This document shows positions 21,320-31,501 of a stretch of 64,000 bases of DNA, piece after piece. Each line of letters starts with the position of its first letter. Position 1 is the first letter of the stretch. A program made the translations under genes and the position numbers. The stretch lies in contig CH464491.1 of NCBI GenBank assembly GCA_000002445.1, forward strand, positions 1,344,001 to 1,408,000, given 5' to 3'. A model generated the notes under the pieces. It was not told where the DNA came from. It saw only the letters and a program-made list of their open reading frames with translations, and made no database searches. The DNA is from Trypanosoma brucei. Lineage: Eukaryota.

Positions 21320-22480
21320 ATGATTGTTAGGGCGAAGTCCCTTTGGCTTCTGGCCTTCTTTGCACTCAACACCGCGCTTTTAGCGGATGCTGAGAATGTC
21401 ACGTTAAAGATTGTCCGAGAGTTAGTTCTACGTGATGTTGGAGATGTGGTATTAACTCCCCGTTTTCGGGAGAATGTTGACAAGTACCTCCGCCGTCATA
21501 CGGATCGAAATGTGAAGGCAAACGCTTACAAGTCGCAACCCGATGTCATTGTTGTGGCGCGTGCGTGGTTCACGGGAGACTCCAAAGAGGCCACTGCCTC
21601 ATACAACAGGGTGAAGGACATTTTCGACAGCTGGGAGGCGCAACCAAATGACACGCTTATTAGTGACTTGAACAACGTCTCTCTCAGGGAGCTTGGAGTA
21701 CAACCGCGCTTGATTGAGCTGTCAGATCAATGTAAATACGGGGAAAGTTACATAGATCAATCTGCCGAAAATTTTGGGTTCAACAATCTCACACTTGAGA
21801 TACGCATGTCTACAAACCCTCAAAGCGATTTGCGCTCTCGGCTCTGCCGTATGCTTCCATTTGTTGACTGCTCCCTCATCGTGCTTGATGTAGTCAAACG
21901 GGTTAATAATCTGTACACCACGAAGGTGACGATCACTTCTCCTAATAGGAACTACTGCCTTGTGGTGCTGATGAACAATTTCCACTATGCCGCGGCTCTC
22001 TTACCCGATATAATAGAGAGTGTTGTGATTGCAGACAAGGAGGTATTTAGACGTCCCTCCGTCAACATGGTTGAAGATGGAAGACTTCAGTCCCCATGCG
22101 CTCGCCGTTTTTGGTACCTTATCTTTCTCCTCCTGCTGATTCCCTTGAGTTTATTTGTGGGACACAAGATGTATTACAGTGGGCTTGAGTCCGGGAGAAA
22201 GGCAGCGCGTGCGTTGGAGCGGGACATCCGTGGTGGTGTCCGTTATCAAGGACAAGCCTCTTCACAACCACTTGAAGGATGGCAGTATATGGAGTCCAAT
22301 TACGCTGGATCCTCGTCGAATGGCAGTCCACGCATCGGTAGTAGCAGCCGGCAAACCAATCAGTCACAACGAAAAGTACATCACATGTACTACGACCCGA
22401 ATGAAAACTGGCAGAACAACGAGGTCCAGATGATGCGATCTTCTTCTACAATACCCTCTGCTTCCAGCCGCCAGCAGTAG
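21320..22480 (+). CDS. Hypothetical type I membrane glycoprotein
   Basis: ATG checked at 21320. N-terminal signal-peptide-like segment MIVRAKSLWLLAFFALNTALLADA. Multiple N-x-S/T sequons (NVT, NDT, NVS, NLT). One C-terminal transmembrane helix FWYLIFLLLLIPLSLFVGH, then a Ser/Gln-rich cytoplasmic tail. Confidence 0.5.
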   Translation: MIVRAKSLWLLAFFALNTALLADAENVTLKIVRELVLRDVGDVVLTPRFRENVDKYLRRHTDRNVKANAYKSQPDVIVVARAWFTGDSKEATASYNRVKDIFDSWEAQPNDTLISDLNNVSLRELGVQPRLIELSDQCKYGESYIDQSAENFGFNNLTLEIRMSTNPQSDLRSRLCRMLPFVDCSLIVLDVVKRVNNLYTTKVTITSPNRNYCLVVLMNNFHYAAALLPDIIESVVIADKEVFRRPSVNMVEDGRLQSPCARRFWYLIFLLLLIPLSLFVGHKMYYSGLESGRKAARALERDIRGGVRYQGQASSQPLEGWQYMESNYAGSSSNGSPRIGSSSRQTNQSQRKVHHMYYDPNENWQNNEVQMMRSSSTIPSASSRQQ

Positions 22481-23374
22481 ATCTAACGCGCATATTCGCA
22501 CTTTAGTAGACTAAATCCCATAGAAACAAGTGATTTTCCTACATAACGTTTTCTTCCTTAAAGATTCTATTTCTTATCGTCTTAGTTTGTGCTGTGTGTC
22601 CACACATCTTTTTGCTCCTTAGCGGAAGATGCAGGTGGCGTATTCCCATTAAATTTGCTGCGATTCGATATCGTTTGGGCAACACTTGCCCTATCAACCG
22701 CTGCGTGTCTCTTCATTTCCATCTTGCTACGGGTTGTGATAATCACGTGCTTTCTAAATTTCAAGTTAGGGCTGGTGCCAGTGGGTTATGGTATGGTTAT
22801 GGTGAAAACGGGTTACGGAGAGGCCGAACGACAGCGTAGCAACTCTTACTTCATTTGATCTTTCATGTTCAGAAGGGCTGACATAAATCCGTGACTAACC
22901 TCGGTGCAGAGTTCCCATGTGGCGTTTTACGGGGAGCCAACATGCCAAGCTGTCGCTTGCGTGAAGTTCCCCCCCTCCCCGAAACTGAGAGCAAATACGT
23001 GGGTGATACGCTGATCGAGATCCACTACTTCATTTTTTGTGGGGTCGACTCAGGTTGAAAGTCGTGTACAGAGTGCTTCTATGCGGGAGGGTTTTATTAA
23101 GTGCATCGGTTGCTGCTGCACTACCTACTTCTGGCTCAGTTGCCTGCTGGGGTTGGAGGGTACCAGGCAATGCTTCATTGAACGACTGCATCCACCCTCT
23201 ATCGGAAGGCGGTCGAAGATATCACAGGACTTGTGGCGATCTTCGCACACCGCGTATGCGTTTCTTAAACCGTGTGGGGTCGCCGTACGCTTGCGCTGTG
23301 CTTCAGATGCCAGCAGAGCCATCAACGCAGAATGAAGAGGAAATGAAGGAGCTCAGATGGCGGTCTCCGTGATG

Positions 23375-23394
23375 GTGTGTGTGTGTGTGTGTGT
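23375..23394. repeat. (GT)n microsatellite
   Basis: gtgtgtgtgtgtgtgtgtgt, read directly from the sequence. Confidence 0.9.
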
Positions 23395-24271
23395 TGAGCG
23401 TAGTCCCGCGACGTGTGTTACTGCGGCAGCACGTCACGTGTGTTTGGGCCCGTCCGGCTCTTCCACTGGTATCATTCAGTGAAGGTAATGAGGTGCTATT
23501 CCCCCTACCGTTTCCTTTTCTGTTGGATAACGGTCCTGCGTGGACTAACCCACCTTTCCAAACCCTTCCGCAACAGAGCTTTACCCATAAAAAAAAAGGA
23601 GAGGGACAGGGAAACAGTTATCTATACGGTTAAGCAAATCGGCGTATGAAAGGGGACAGCTGTTTGCGAAGCAGACTTACTGCCATCAACCAACCGAACG
23701 AGTAGACCCCCGCATCTGGACTCTGTAGCAGTCGGTTCTTTGCAAGTGCAGGAAGCGGGGGTCATTTAGCTTGGGTGTGCTCTACCAGATGTTGGCCTTC
23801 AAAAGGCCGAAGATTCAAAAGCTGGCTTTATCAAATCGATTTTCAAGGTTAGGTAGGGTGTGTGGATGTGCGGTAGAGTGAAGTGTTTTCGCTGCCAATG
23901 TCATGTAGTTAGGTGCCAAATGGGTTGACAGCCGCTGCTTCATTTTACTATTAACTGAAGGTGAATGCTGTGGTTCTGTATTCTAACACACACCATGCCG
24001 TTCACACCGCGGAGGTGCTTCACGACGGTATGTATGACACGAAAAGCCTCGGGGCTTTGCCTCTTGCCGCTTTAGAATAATTTTTGAAACCCAAAGCGTT
24101 TCTCGTTTGTGTTTTCTTTAGCGGCGTAGTGTACGTCACTGCCCTACCTTGCGTTTCGGAGTGTGTGTCTTTCTTCTAGAAGCCGGTGGTTGTAAAAATG
24201 TTACGTGTATTCTTGAATTTTATTTGCTTGTTTGTCTAGTATTTGGAGCAGTTACCTTCGGCTGTCATTGC

Positions 24272-25603
24272 ATGCTTCGGCCGAGATCGGTACTTTTATG
24301 CTCCTCGCTGCAACGTGTGGCGGGTGCTATCGAACTTTCAAAGGATTATCAGAGCATTGAGGCCAGGTCTTGTGAATCAGCAGAGGCAGAAGAAAAGAGG
24401 AAGGAATATGAAAGATTTCCCCTGCGCTATCAACTATTAGAGTGCAAACCAGGTGTTCCATTGGCGCTCATGAAACTGAAATATCTCCTAGCCTGTCGAA
24501 GGACCCACCCTGATGCAGGTGGTGATGCGGAGGACTTTTTAAGAGTTTGCCTCGCATATCAGGATGTCATGAAGGATTACGGGGTGGAGACTATTGAGAA
24601 CAAGATTGTGAACCTGGGCAACTTTCAGGTGGATCGACACGAGGCGCGTAATTATCTGGAGGGCCGAGCCCAGATAAAGGGTTTCATACCCGTATCTACT
24701 TTGGAGGATTACATCAGTAAGTTGGAGGAGGTTAAGGCACGCATTGGCGATGATTTGGCTGAACGCCTTGCCACCAATGATGACGAAGCTCTCCTGCTAC
24801 TAGAGGATATCGAAGAGATTATGGAAGCGAACGGCCTGCGAACTGTCCGGCTGGAAGTGTTGGAGAGTGGTGATGTAAGGGTGTTAGAGAAACCAACACT
24901 TACAGACGGCACAGAGCGGCCTTTGCTCATTGGGGATCTTGACAACCTTAACAGAGGGACACTTGAAGTGGATCGACCCTTCGGCCCCCCCTCTGGTGTT
25001 AGTGAGGATGGGGGTGTGCATTTCGTTAGGGAGAATGAAAGTCACGATGAGCAAGGACTTGATGCAGCTGAGGGCCAACGGGCACTCAGGACAGCGGAGA
25101 TCACTGCTGAAGACATTGAAGTGCTGACGGCGAAGCATACGGTTCAAGACCGAACTGATGTGGCCGGACTTGCGTCCCGCACGGCTACAGAGGTGATGAA
25201 CAACACGGAAGAAGTGTATAAAATACGGCTTGAGTCGAGCGTCCTCTACGTTTTTGTAATCTCTGTTTTTGTTCTTCTATACGTCTATGTCGAGGGACTC
25301 ATGCGGGCGAAGGTTCAGGAGAAAAAGCGTCCGCAAGTAATGAGTCATGTGACAACGGACACGATGCTCCCGTGGTGGGGAAACGATGCAGAGTACGAGA
25401 GTCAAGTGAAGCGCATTTTTGTGGAGGAATGGCGTCGCGCCCGTGCGAGTTCGCGTCGTGTGCAGACCTTCCAGGACGGTGTGAGCCGCGAGTCATTGGA
25501 TGAGAACACCAAGAAAGAGCTGGATCTTGGCATATTTACTGTGACGGCTGAGCGGCTGCGTGAGATGAGAGAGCGTGCGGAAAAACACACTGGGCTTCGG
25601 TAG
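24272..25603 (+). CDS. DnaJ (J-domain) protein with a predicted transmembrane segment
   Basis: The ORF track starts at 24149 with TTG. The first in-frame ATG is at 24272. The J-domain signature is KYLLACRRTHPDAGGDAEDFLRVCLAYQDVMKDYG, with HPD at 24506-24514. A hydrophobic helix VLYVFVISVFVLLYVYV lies near residue 330. Acidic coiled-coil regions follow. Confidence 0.65.
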   Translation: MLRPRSVLLCSSLQRVAGAIELSKDYQSIEARSCESAEAEEKRKEYERFPLRYQLLECKPGVPLALMKLKYLLACRRTHPDAGGDAEDFLRVCLAYQDVMKDYGVETIENKIVNLGNFQVDRHEARNYLEGRAQIKGFIPVSTLEDYISKLEEVKARIGDDLAERLATNDDEALLLLEDIEEIMEANGLRTVRLEVLESGDVRVLEKPTLTDGTERPLLIGDLDNLNRGTLEVDRPFGPPSGVSEDGGVHFVRENESHDEQGLDAAEGQRALRTAEITAEDIEVLTAKHTVQDRTDVAGLASRTATEVMNNTEEVYKIRLESSVLYVFVISVFVLLYVYVEGLMRAKVQEKKRPQVMSHVTTDTMLPWWGNDAEYESQVKRIFVEEWRRARASSRRVQTFQDGVSRESLDENTKKELDLGIFTVTAERLREMRERAEKHTGLR

Positions 25604-26059
25604 TGACCGCAGCTGAATATTATGTCTTTATCTTGTCATATTTACCCCGTTTTCTTTTCCTTAATCTTGGATGTTTGCACAGATACATTACTATCGTTCG
25701 AAGCTATGTCCCTCCCGGAAGGGGAGGCTTGAAGAAAATCAAGAAGCAAAAATGCTGTGCAAACCACGTGATCAATGGTGTAGGAGTGTGGGGAGAGGCG
25801 AAGAAACAAGACCGTCGACCACTCGGTGGAAATCTTAGTTGATGTGTGTACGCGTGCGCTTGTATTTTATCCTTTACTTTCTCTTTTCCTTACTTTCCTC
25901 TTTCGCTCTGATCCATCGCGCCACCGAATCTTTGCGCGAAGAAATCAGTATCAAACGGGGACACGCAAGGGGTAGGAACATTACGTAGTAACGGTTTCGC
26001 GAGTAAAGCAGGAGGGGGAAAAGGCGAAACACGTCGAAAAGGAGTGAGTACATAACAAA

Positions 26060-27460
26060 ATGGCCGTGGCCTACGTTTTCGATGGAGCCGTACTGAAGCA
26101 AATGAGTTTGGAGGCAGGGCACCCCAAATTTACTGTGCTTGATACCCCATTGTGTTCAGATTCTGCAGTTACATGCTTCGGCAAGGACGAGTTTTACTTC
26201 ATTAACGGGAGCGTTCCCAATGTATTGCGGCATTTTGGCGGAAGAAGCGGCTGCACTGAGCACTTTCTCCCAGGCCCAGCTCATTGCTTGCTGGTGCACC
26301 GTCAGAAGGTGTACTGTTGCGGTGTGGATTGCTTGTATGTATTTGATCCTCTTGGTGAGGAGGTGGAAACCATAGAGCTTGGGCAGCAAATCAAAGAGCT
26401 TACTGCAGCAGATCATGGATTTGTATTTGTCAACGACCGACACGAGCTTTACGCTTTCCACTTCACTCGCGGGGTCAAGATTGTGGGAACCAAAGGACCT
26501 GTGTCCAAACTGTTGGGGCACCATAATCGCTATGCTGTCGTTCTTCTCGACAACGGCGACGTGATTTCCGTTAATGAGGAAGCGGAAGTGCGGGAGAATC
26601 TTTTTCCACTAAAAATTAAGGAACGCTTTGTTGCACTCGACACTGGCATGACCCTTGCGCTGCGAGAAGACGAATTGGCTCTTCATATGAATGGCACCTG
26701 GTTGTGCCTGGATGGTTTTAAGGGTCGCGAGCTCCAGTTCCTTGGCGTGCCGCTAACCCCCGCGGAGGATGCGTGCACCATTTGCTTTTGTGATTTTGAG
26801 GATGGCGACGGTGTTCGACTTGACTGCGGCCATCCGTTTCATCGTGATTGCCTTGCTGAGTTCTCGACACACGCAAAAAGTTTTGTTGAGAAGGGTGAAC
26901 ATATTGTTTTTACGTACGCCGTTTGCCCATCGGGCTGCGGAACCCACATCCGTCATGCCGCTGCACCGCTCTCTGCGTACATGAACGACTTGTACCGGGC
27001 TGTTACCAAGGATGCTGAAGGGAGGCTTCGCGAGATGGAAAACAAAACCCTTGAAGATTTGTATTACTATGTCTGTTGTCGATGCGAGAAGCCTTACTAC
27101 GGCGGCAACCGTTGGTGCTCCCGGACAATCTCCGGGGAACCTTGCAAAAAACCAAGCGAGCTTATCTGCTCGGACTGCAACGACGACTTTCTTTGCCCTT
27201 CGCACAATCATGATTTCGTGCTTTACAAGTGCCGGTACTGTTGTAACCCTGCCACGCACCTGTCTTTCGGTAACCGTTATATGTGCGATGCTTGCAACAA
27301 GAAGTGGGAAGGCACGGAACCGGAACCAATGGAATGTCCAGGGGCTGAAAAGTGTCCTCTTGGTGGTGCCCATCCTACCGGTGGTTCACAACCGCTTGGG
27401 TGCATGCTCTGCACCCTCTTTGATAAATGTGATGCTAAACACTTCTTCCCACCGCAGTAA
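26060..27460 (+). CDS. RING/RBR-type E3 ubiquitin ligase-like protein
   Basis: ATG checked at 26060. RING-H2-like CTICFCDFEDGDGVRLDCGHPFHRDCLAEF (from 26774). An IBR-like CPSGCG at 26924-26941. A C-terminal Cys/His cluster follows (CCRCEKPYYGGNRWC...CSDCNDDFLCPSHNHDFVLYKCRYCCNPATH...CDACNKKW), consistent with a RING1-IBR-RING2 arrangement. The N-terminal 230 aa have no recognised motif. Confidence 0.55.
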   Translation: MAVAYVFDGAVLKQMSLEAGHPKFTVLDTPLCSDSAVTCFGKDEFYFINGSVPNVLRHFGGRSGCTEHFLPGPAHCLLVHRQKVYCCGVDCLYVFDPLGEEVETIELGQQIKELTAADHGFVFVNDRHELYAFHFTRGVKIVGTKGPVSKLLGHHNRYAVVLLDNGDVISVNEEAEVRENLFPLKIKERFVALDTGMTLALREDELALHMNGTWLCLDGFKGRELQFLGVPLTPAEDACTICFCDFEDGDGVRLDCGHPFHRDCLAEFSTHAKSFVEKGEHIVFTYAVCPSGCGTHIRHAAAPLSAYMNDLYRAVTKDAEGRLREMENKTLEDLYYYVCCRCEKPYYGGNRWCSRTISGEPCKKPSELICSDCNDDFLCPSHNHDFVLYKCRYCCNPATHLSFGNRYMCDACNKKWEGTEPEPMECPGAEKCPLGGAHPTGGSQPLGCMLCTLFDKCDAKHFFPPQ

Positions 27461-27741
27461 ACAGGGTTCTTCCCATGTTACTTTTGATCTATTTATCATT
27501 TGCTTGTGTTTAAGGTTGGTTATGAATTGCACGAGGAGTGAACCGAGTGTTTAAATATTTGTGTTGCAGTTTTGTACGCACCTTCCTTTGTAGTTTGTTA
27601 TAGTCCTTTCTCCCTTTACGCCGTTTTCTCCCCCTTCTTGCTGGCACCTATCCAAAACCAGAGGACTTGCTTCTTGTACAGTATTTGGGCGGGAATAAAA
27701 CTCTTGTATCAGAATTAGGTAACGTGAGCTGTAGTGCACTA

Positions 27742-28404
27742 ATGTCCGGTAGAATTTACAAGCTTTTCACAGGGAGGGAGCAACCGCAATGGATGTGGGA
27801 CCTGGCCTTAGAAACGCGCATTCCGGCTCTCTTTATGGCCTACGCTGTATATGTCAATACACGCTGTTACTACGATGCTCTGAGTTCCTATAAAGCGAAC
27901 TCGAAATGGGGCATAACTCGTGGGAAATTGTTGGAGCTTAGAAGGCTTGACTACCGTTACATTAGTGTCCCTCGCTACGCATTGCGCTACGAGTACGAAG
28001 TGGATGGCAAGAAGTACGTGTCAACGAGGGCGACAACCGGTTCGCCCTACAGGAATTGGATGGAGCGCTTTTACAATGATACCATTACTGAGTCTGAGTA
28101 CCTTCAAGCCATTCCAGTGCTGCGCGTGGGGGAAAACTGTACCGTCTTTTATAGTAAGAAACATCCGGGAGTTCATTCGGCGCTTGCACACGATGCAAAC
28201 TCATTTGAAATATCAATACTGTGCTTTTTGGCCGTTTTCCCGCTTCTCATGGGATACAATATGAAAGCGCAGTGGTGGATGATAAAGCGGGCTTACAGGC
28301 CAAACAAAATGTTACGCATTCGGTTCCCCCCGAACTGTCGCACCCCACCGCCTCCTGAGGCACCATCGAGTCCATGTCACATCTCAGCTATCCCTAAATC
28401 GTAG
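27742..28404 (+). CDS. Hypothetical protein with a C-terminal transmembrane helix
   Basis: The ORF track start 27667 is TTG. The first in-frame ATG is at 27742. The hydrophobic segment ISILCFLAVFPLLMGY lies near the C-terminus. No motif recognised. Confidence 0.4.
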   Translation: MSGRIYKLFTGREQPQWMWDLALETRIPALFMAYAVYVNTRCYYDALSSYKANSKWGITRGKLLELRRLDYRYISVPRYALRYEYEVDGKKYVSTRATTGSPYRNWMERFYNDTITESEYLQAIPVLRVGENCTVFYSKKHPGVHSALAHDANSFEISILCFLAVFPLLMGYNMKAQWWMIKRAYRPNKMLRIRFPPNCRTPPPPEAPSSPCHISAIPKS

Positions 28405-28877
28405 GGTTGACTCCTTTCTTGTTTCCATTAGTCTCCAGGGAGAAGGTATGGCTGATGATGATGGAACGGCCGCAGGAGAGGGGTGTGCGGAGTAGATGTG
28501 GAATAACGGTCTCTCTTTATATAATATTTTTTTTTCGTAGCTGTGACACTTTTACCTGTTTGTTATTCTAGCAGAGGGTGCCAAGTTAGCGCTACACATC
28601 TTATCGTTACTTTAGGAGTTGTTGTGGCGTTCGCATTTTTTCTGACTCCATTTCTTGTAAAAAAAAAACAAAAAGTGTTGACACATAATTGAACATCTGT
28701 GTGTTTGAGTTTGTCTACCTGAGTGCACCTACACTGACGATGTTTTCGCCGCTTTTGGTTTTGCAGCTTTCCCATTTTCTTTGAGTAAAAAGTTTGCTTC
28801 CTTTCTTCCTTTGAAAGTGGGGACGAGGAAGGAGAGACAACATCAAGAAAGAATAAAGGAGCATACTGGAAAGTGTG

Positions 28878-29702
28878 ATGTCGGGTGAGAGTGTCTTCAA
28901 CCTGATCGAGCCAGATGTGGAGTCGGTGCAACCGCAACCGCTGCGGAAAGTAAAACTCGGAAAGGGAACTGCTGCCCCTCCGACGGCATCCACATTCGGT
29001 TTCCATGGGACAAGCGCAGTGGTGGCAAACGTAGGCGGCGAGAATACGGAGCCGTCTGTGCACCCAGCAAAGAAACCAACGGGTACATTCGGTCGCGAGG
29101 CCTCCAGCAGCGTCAACCCTAGTAAATTTCTCAAGAAAAACGAAGGTGTCGGTACTGCCAGCCGCGGAGTACCAATCGTGGACGCTACCAAGTTTGTCAA
29201 AGCCGAAAAAGATGCCTCGAAACGGAAAGATGACGTTCCCAATAGGTATGATAAGCCGGTTATGGGTGTAAAGACTGAAAAAAACTACGTTGTGGCGAAT
29301 GCCGTAGAGAACGTTCTTGCCCTTCCTACAAAGTGTATTCCAACTCCAATGAATCGTGCGGTTGATCGAGCTGACTTCGGTAAGGTGCCCAAGTACCTGA
29401 AGGAAGTGAAGGCCGACATCGAGGAACGACACGCTTTAGTAGAGAGGCTGAAGGCTGCCAAACGTGAGGCCGAGGAGAGGTGGTCGGAGTTGTCTGGGGA
29501 GGAACTCGAGCAACTAAAACAGGGATTACAGCGGCGCTGGGATTCTCTCAACAAAGATTATCAGTCCCGTGGTTTCAGTAAGCTGCAAACTCCCTCTCAG
29601 AAGGCCCAGCACGAGGCTGTGGGGAAGGAGCTGAATGCGGTAGAGTTTGCCATGCAGAAATTGAGTCGTGCACATGTATTTGTTTACGATGATCGAAATT
29701 AG
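28878..29702 (+). CDS. Enkurin-domain protein (flagellar/ciliary family)
   Basis: The ORF track start 28875 is GTG; the ATG is at 28878. The C-terminal 100 aa (29379-29699), GKVPKYLKEVKADIEERHALVERL...LSGEELEQLKQGLQRRWDSLNKDYQSRGF...AHVFVYDD, match the enkurin domain pattern (VPxYL...EE...L...L..kW..vN..YQ...vfV). Confidence 0.6.
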   Translation: MSGESVFNLIEPDVESVQPQPLRKVKLGKGTAAPPTASTFGFHGTSAVVANVGGENTEPSVHPAKKPTGTFGREASSSVNPSKFLKKNEGVGTASRGVPIVDATKFVKAEKDASKRKDDVPNRYDKPVMGVKTEKNYVVANAVENVLALPTKCIPTPMNRAVDRADFGKVPKYLKEVKADIEERHALVERLKAAKREAEERWSELSGEELEQLKQGLQRRWDSLNKDYQSRGFSKLQTPSQKAQHEAVGKELNAVEFAMQKLSRAHVFVYDDRN

Positions 29703-30247
29703 AGATTAATTTTTTTTCTTTGACTACTCTCCTTTTCTCACCACAACTTACCGCATGTTTGTTTGTTTTGCACTTTTTGCATGTGTGGAGGTGCTGAGGG
29801 AGAAGAGGGCGCACGGCCGTCGGAGATAGAGGGCGAATAATTATGCGAAAGTGGAGGGTTGGTTGGCTTCTCATGTGCTCGTGGCTAAGAACCGGTTTGC
29901 AGGAGCAGTTTAGTTTCGTGCTAGCGAGTCTACATACCCCCAGTCTATTCCAGATTCCTCTTTCTTTTTCTTTTAGCGCCATCTCCGTCATCCGGCTACG
30001 TAGATGTGTCAAGCAGTTTATGATATGTATAATTGTGTGCACCTCATCATTCTTGAAAGCAATTAAACGATGCATATGCGTATGCCCGCTGGCACCTGTG
30101 TTGACTCACTAATGATTGATCACGCCATAAGCTCAGTGTACTATTCTTCTTTATTTCTCTTATTATTTCCTTGTGTTTTGGTTTAAATCGATCTGGATGA
30201 TTATGAAGGAAATTTGACGGCTTCCCCCCCAACCCGACAGACCATCA

Positions 30248-31501
30248 ATGAACTTTCCGGATAGTAGGGTACTTAGTGATGAGTTCCCCCGCCGGAAATA
30301 CAAACCATCATCTGCGACCCGGTTGGAAGATATAGTTCTGAAGGGGCTTCACTATGGGCAACGTAAGTTGCTCTTGTCTGAGATTGAATTTCTTTCGGCA
30401 TATTTGGAAGGCAGGCAGGCTGGGGCGAAGCCCACGCTAGTGGTTTATGCGGGTGCGGCGAACGGCTCACATCTTCCCTTCCTCTTTCAGCTTTTTGAAG
30501 CGGTAAAGTTTGTTCTTATCGATCCTGCCCCATTCTGTGATGCTGTGCGGGAAATTTCACTGAATAAGCAAGGACCCATTTTGGATCTAGTGCAAGGATT
30601 CTGCACCGATGAGTTGTGCAAGCAGCTCTCTAGCTCCTACGGTTCAACCTATGATATTCTTCTTGTTAGCGATATTCGTTCGGGGGTACCAGAGAAGCAG
30701 TCGAATCGGGAGAATACGCTGATGATCATGCGTGATAACGATATGCAGCGAAGTTGGTGCTGGACGCTAAAGGCAGAGGCGGCTCTGCTGAAGTTTCACC
30801 CACCTTATCCACCTTGCCGTGATAGAAACTCACGGCACTACGATGAGGCGGATGACACGCCTGAAAGCATAGAGTATTTGGATGGAGTTCGCCTGTTTGG
30901 AGTGTGGGCACCCAAATCGTCTTCCGAGTTGCGGTTGTGCGTGCAAGGGCCGTTCCTCCAGGGGACTAGTTTCCCGATGCGCCGATATGACTGCACTACG
31001 CATGAGGAACAGTGTTATTTTTATAATACAGACAACCGGTACACGCGTGACTGTGCTGCTGAGAGTGGGATATTGGAACGATACCTTCAATTGTTTCCCT
31101 CCGCGCCCTATAGCGACCCCACGGCCCTATCAATGACGATTAGTAATTTTCTCGGGTTTCCTCTTTTTCTCCCACTCGACTCGTCGTTTAGCGAGAGTGA
31201 CGCTCGCTGGGTAACTTTGTTATACTCCACGCGGATCCCTACCTGCTTGGAATTGTTCACCACCCTGCGCGGAAGGGTGACGCATACCGTCATGAAGCAA
31301 CTTGCTGAGGAATGGCAGAGCGCAACCACCGTTCCGAAGGGGGTCAGTATTGATTCCGTTGAGCTAACTTCTGAGTTCTGGAAGGCAGTTTGCGCTGGTG
31401 ACCTTACTGAGGCGTACAGCTTTCCTAACATTCGCTGGCGTTTCGCCAATCTACTTATCTCGAGAAGAAGGAAGAGGTCAGCCTCTGATCGTGCACCGTG
31501 A
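30248..31501 (+). CDS. Poxvirus VP39-like mRNA cap ribose 2'-O-methyltransferase (kinetoplastid cap-4 enzyme family; size fits the 48 kDa MTr2-type)
   Basis: ATG checked at 30248. LHYGQRKLLLSEIEFLSAY (30350-30394) resembles vaccinia VP39 DGQLKLLLGELFFL. It is followed by a Gly-rich AdoMet-binding motif VVYAGAANGSHLPFL and LLVSDIRS (VP39 ILISDVRS). Confidence 0.7.
   Translation: MNFPDSRVLSDEFPRRKYKPSSATRLEDIVLKGLHYGQRKLLLSEIEFLSAYLEGRQAGAKPTLVVYAGAANGSHLPFLFQLFEAVKFVLIDPAPFCDAVREISLNKQGPILDLVQGFCTDELCKQLSSSYGSTYDILLVSDIRSGVPEKQSNRENTLMIMRDNDMQRSWCWTLKAEAALLKFHPPYPPCRDRNSRHYDEADDTPESIEYLDGVRLFGVWAPKSSSELRLCVQGPFLQGTSFPMRRYDCTTHEEQCYFYNTDNRYTRDCAAESGILERYLQLFPSAPYSDPTALSMTISNFLGFPLFLPLDSSFSESDARWVTLLYSTRIPTCLELFTTLRGRVTHTVMKQLAEEWQSATTVPKGVSIDSVELTSEFWKAVCAGDLTEAYSFPNIRWRFANLLISRRRKRSASDRAP

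Noticed and set aside
24149-24271. N-terminal 41-codon extension of the J-protein ORF, and similar extensions at 27667, 28875, 47847, 53712 and 3864
   Set aside because: Inspection of the nucleotides shows these ORF-track starts are TTG or GTG rendered as M. Kinetoplastid nuclear genes initiate at ATG, so CDS starts were moved to the first in-frame ATG (24272, 27742, 28878, 47859, 53718, 4149).
26753-27373. 206-aa minus-strand ORF antisense to the RING/RBR gene
   Set aside because: Same reasoning: the sense strand encodes an ordered Cys/His zinc-binding architecture, and the antisense frame has no features.
28563-29432. 289-aa minus-strand ORF overlapping the enkurin-domain gene
   Set aside because: It is antisense to a plus-strand ORF carrying a recognisable conserved domain. 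Its own translation is Cys/Arg-rich without motifs. Antisense long ORFs are common in moderately GC-rich coding DNA.
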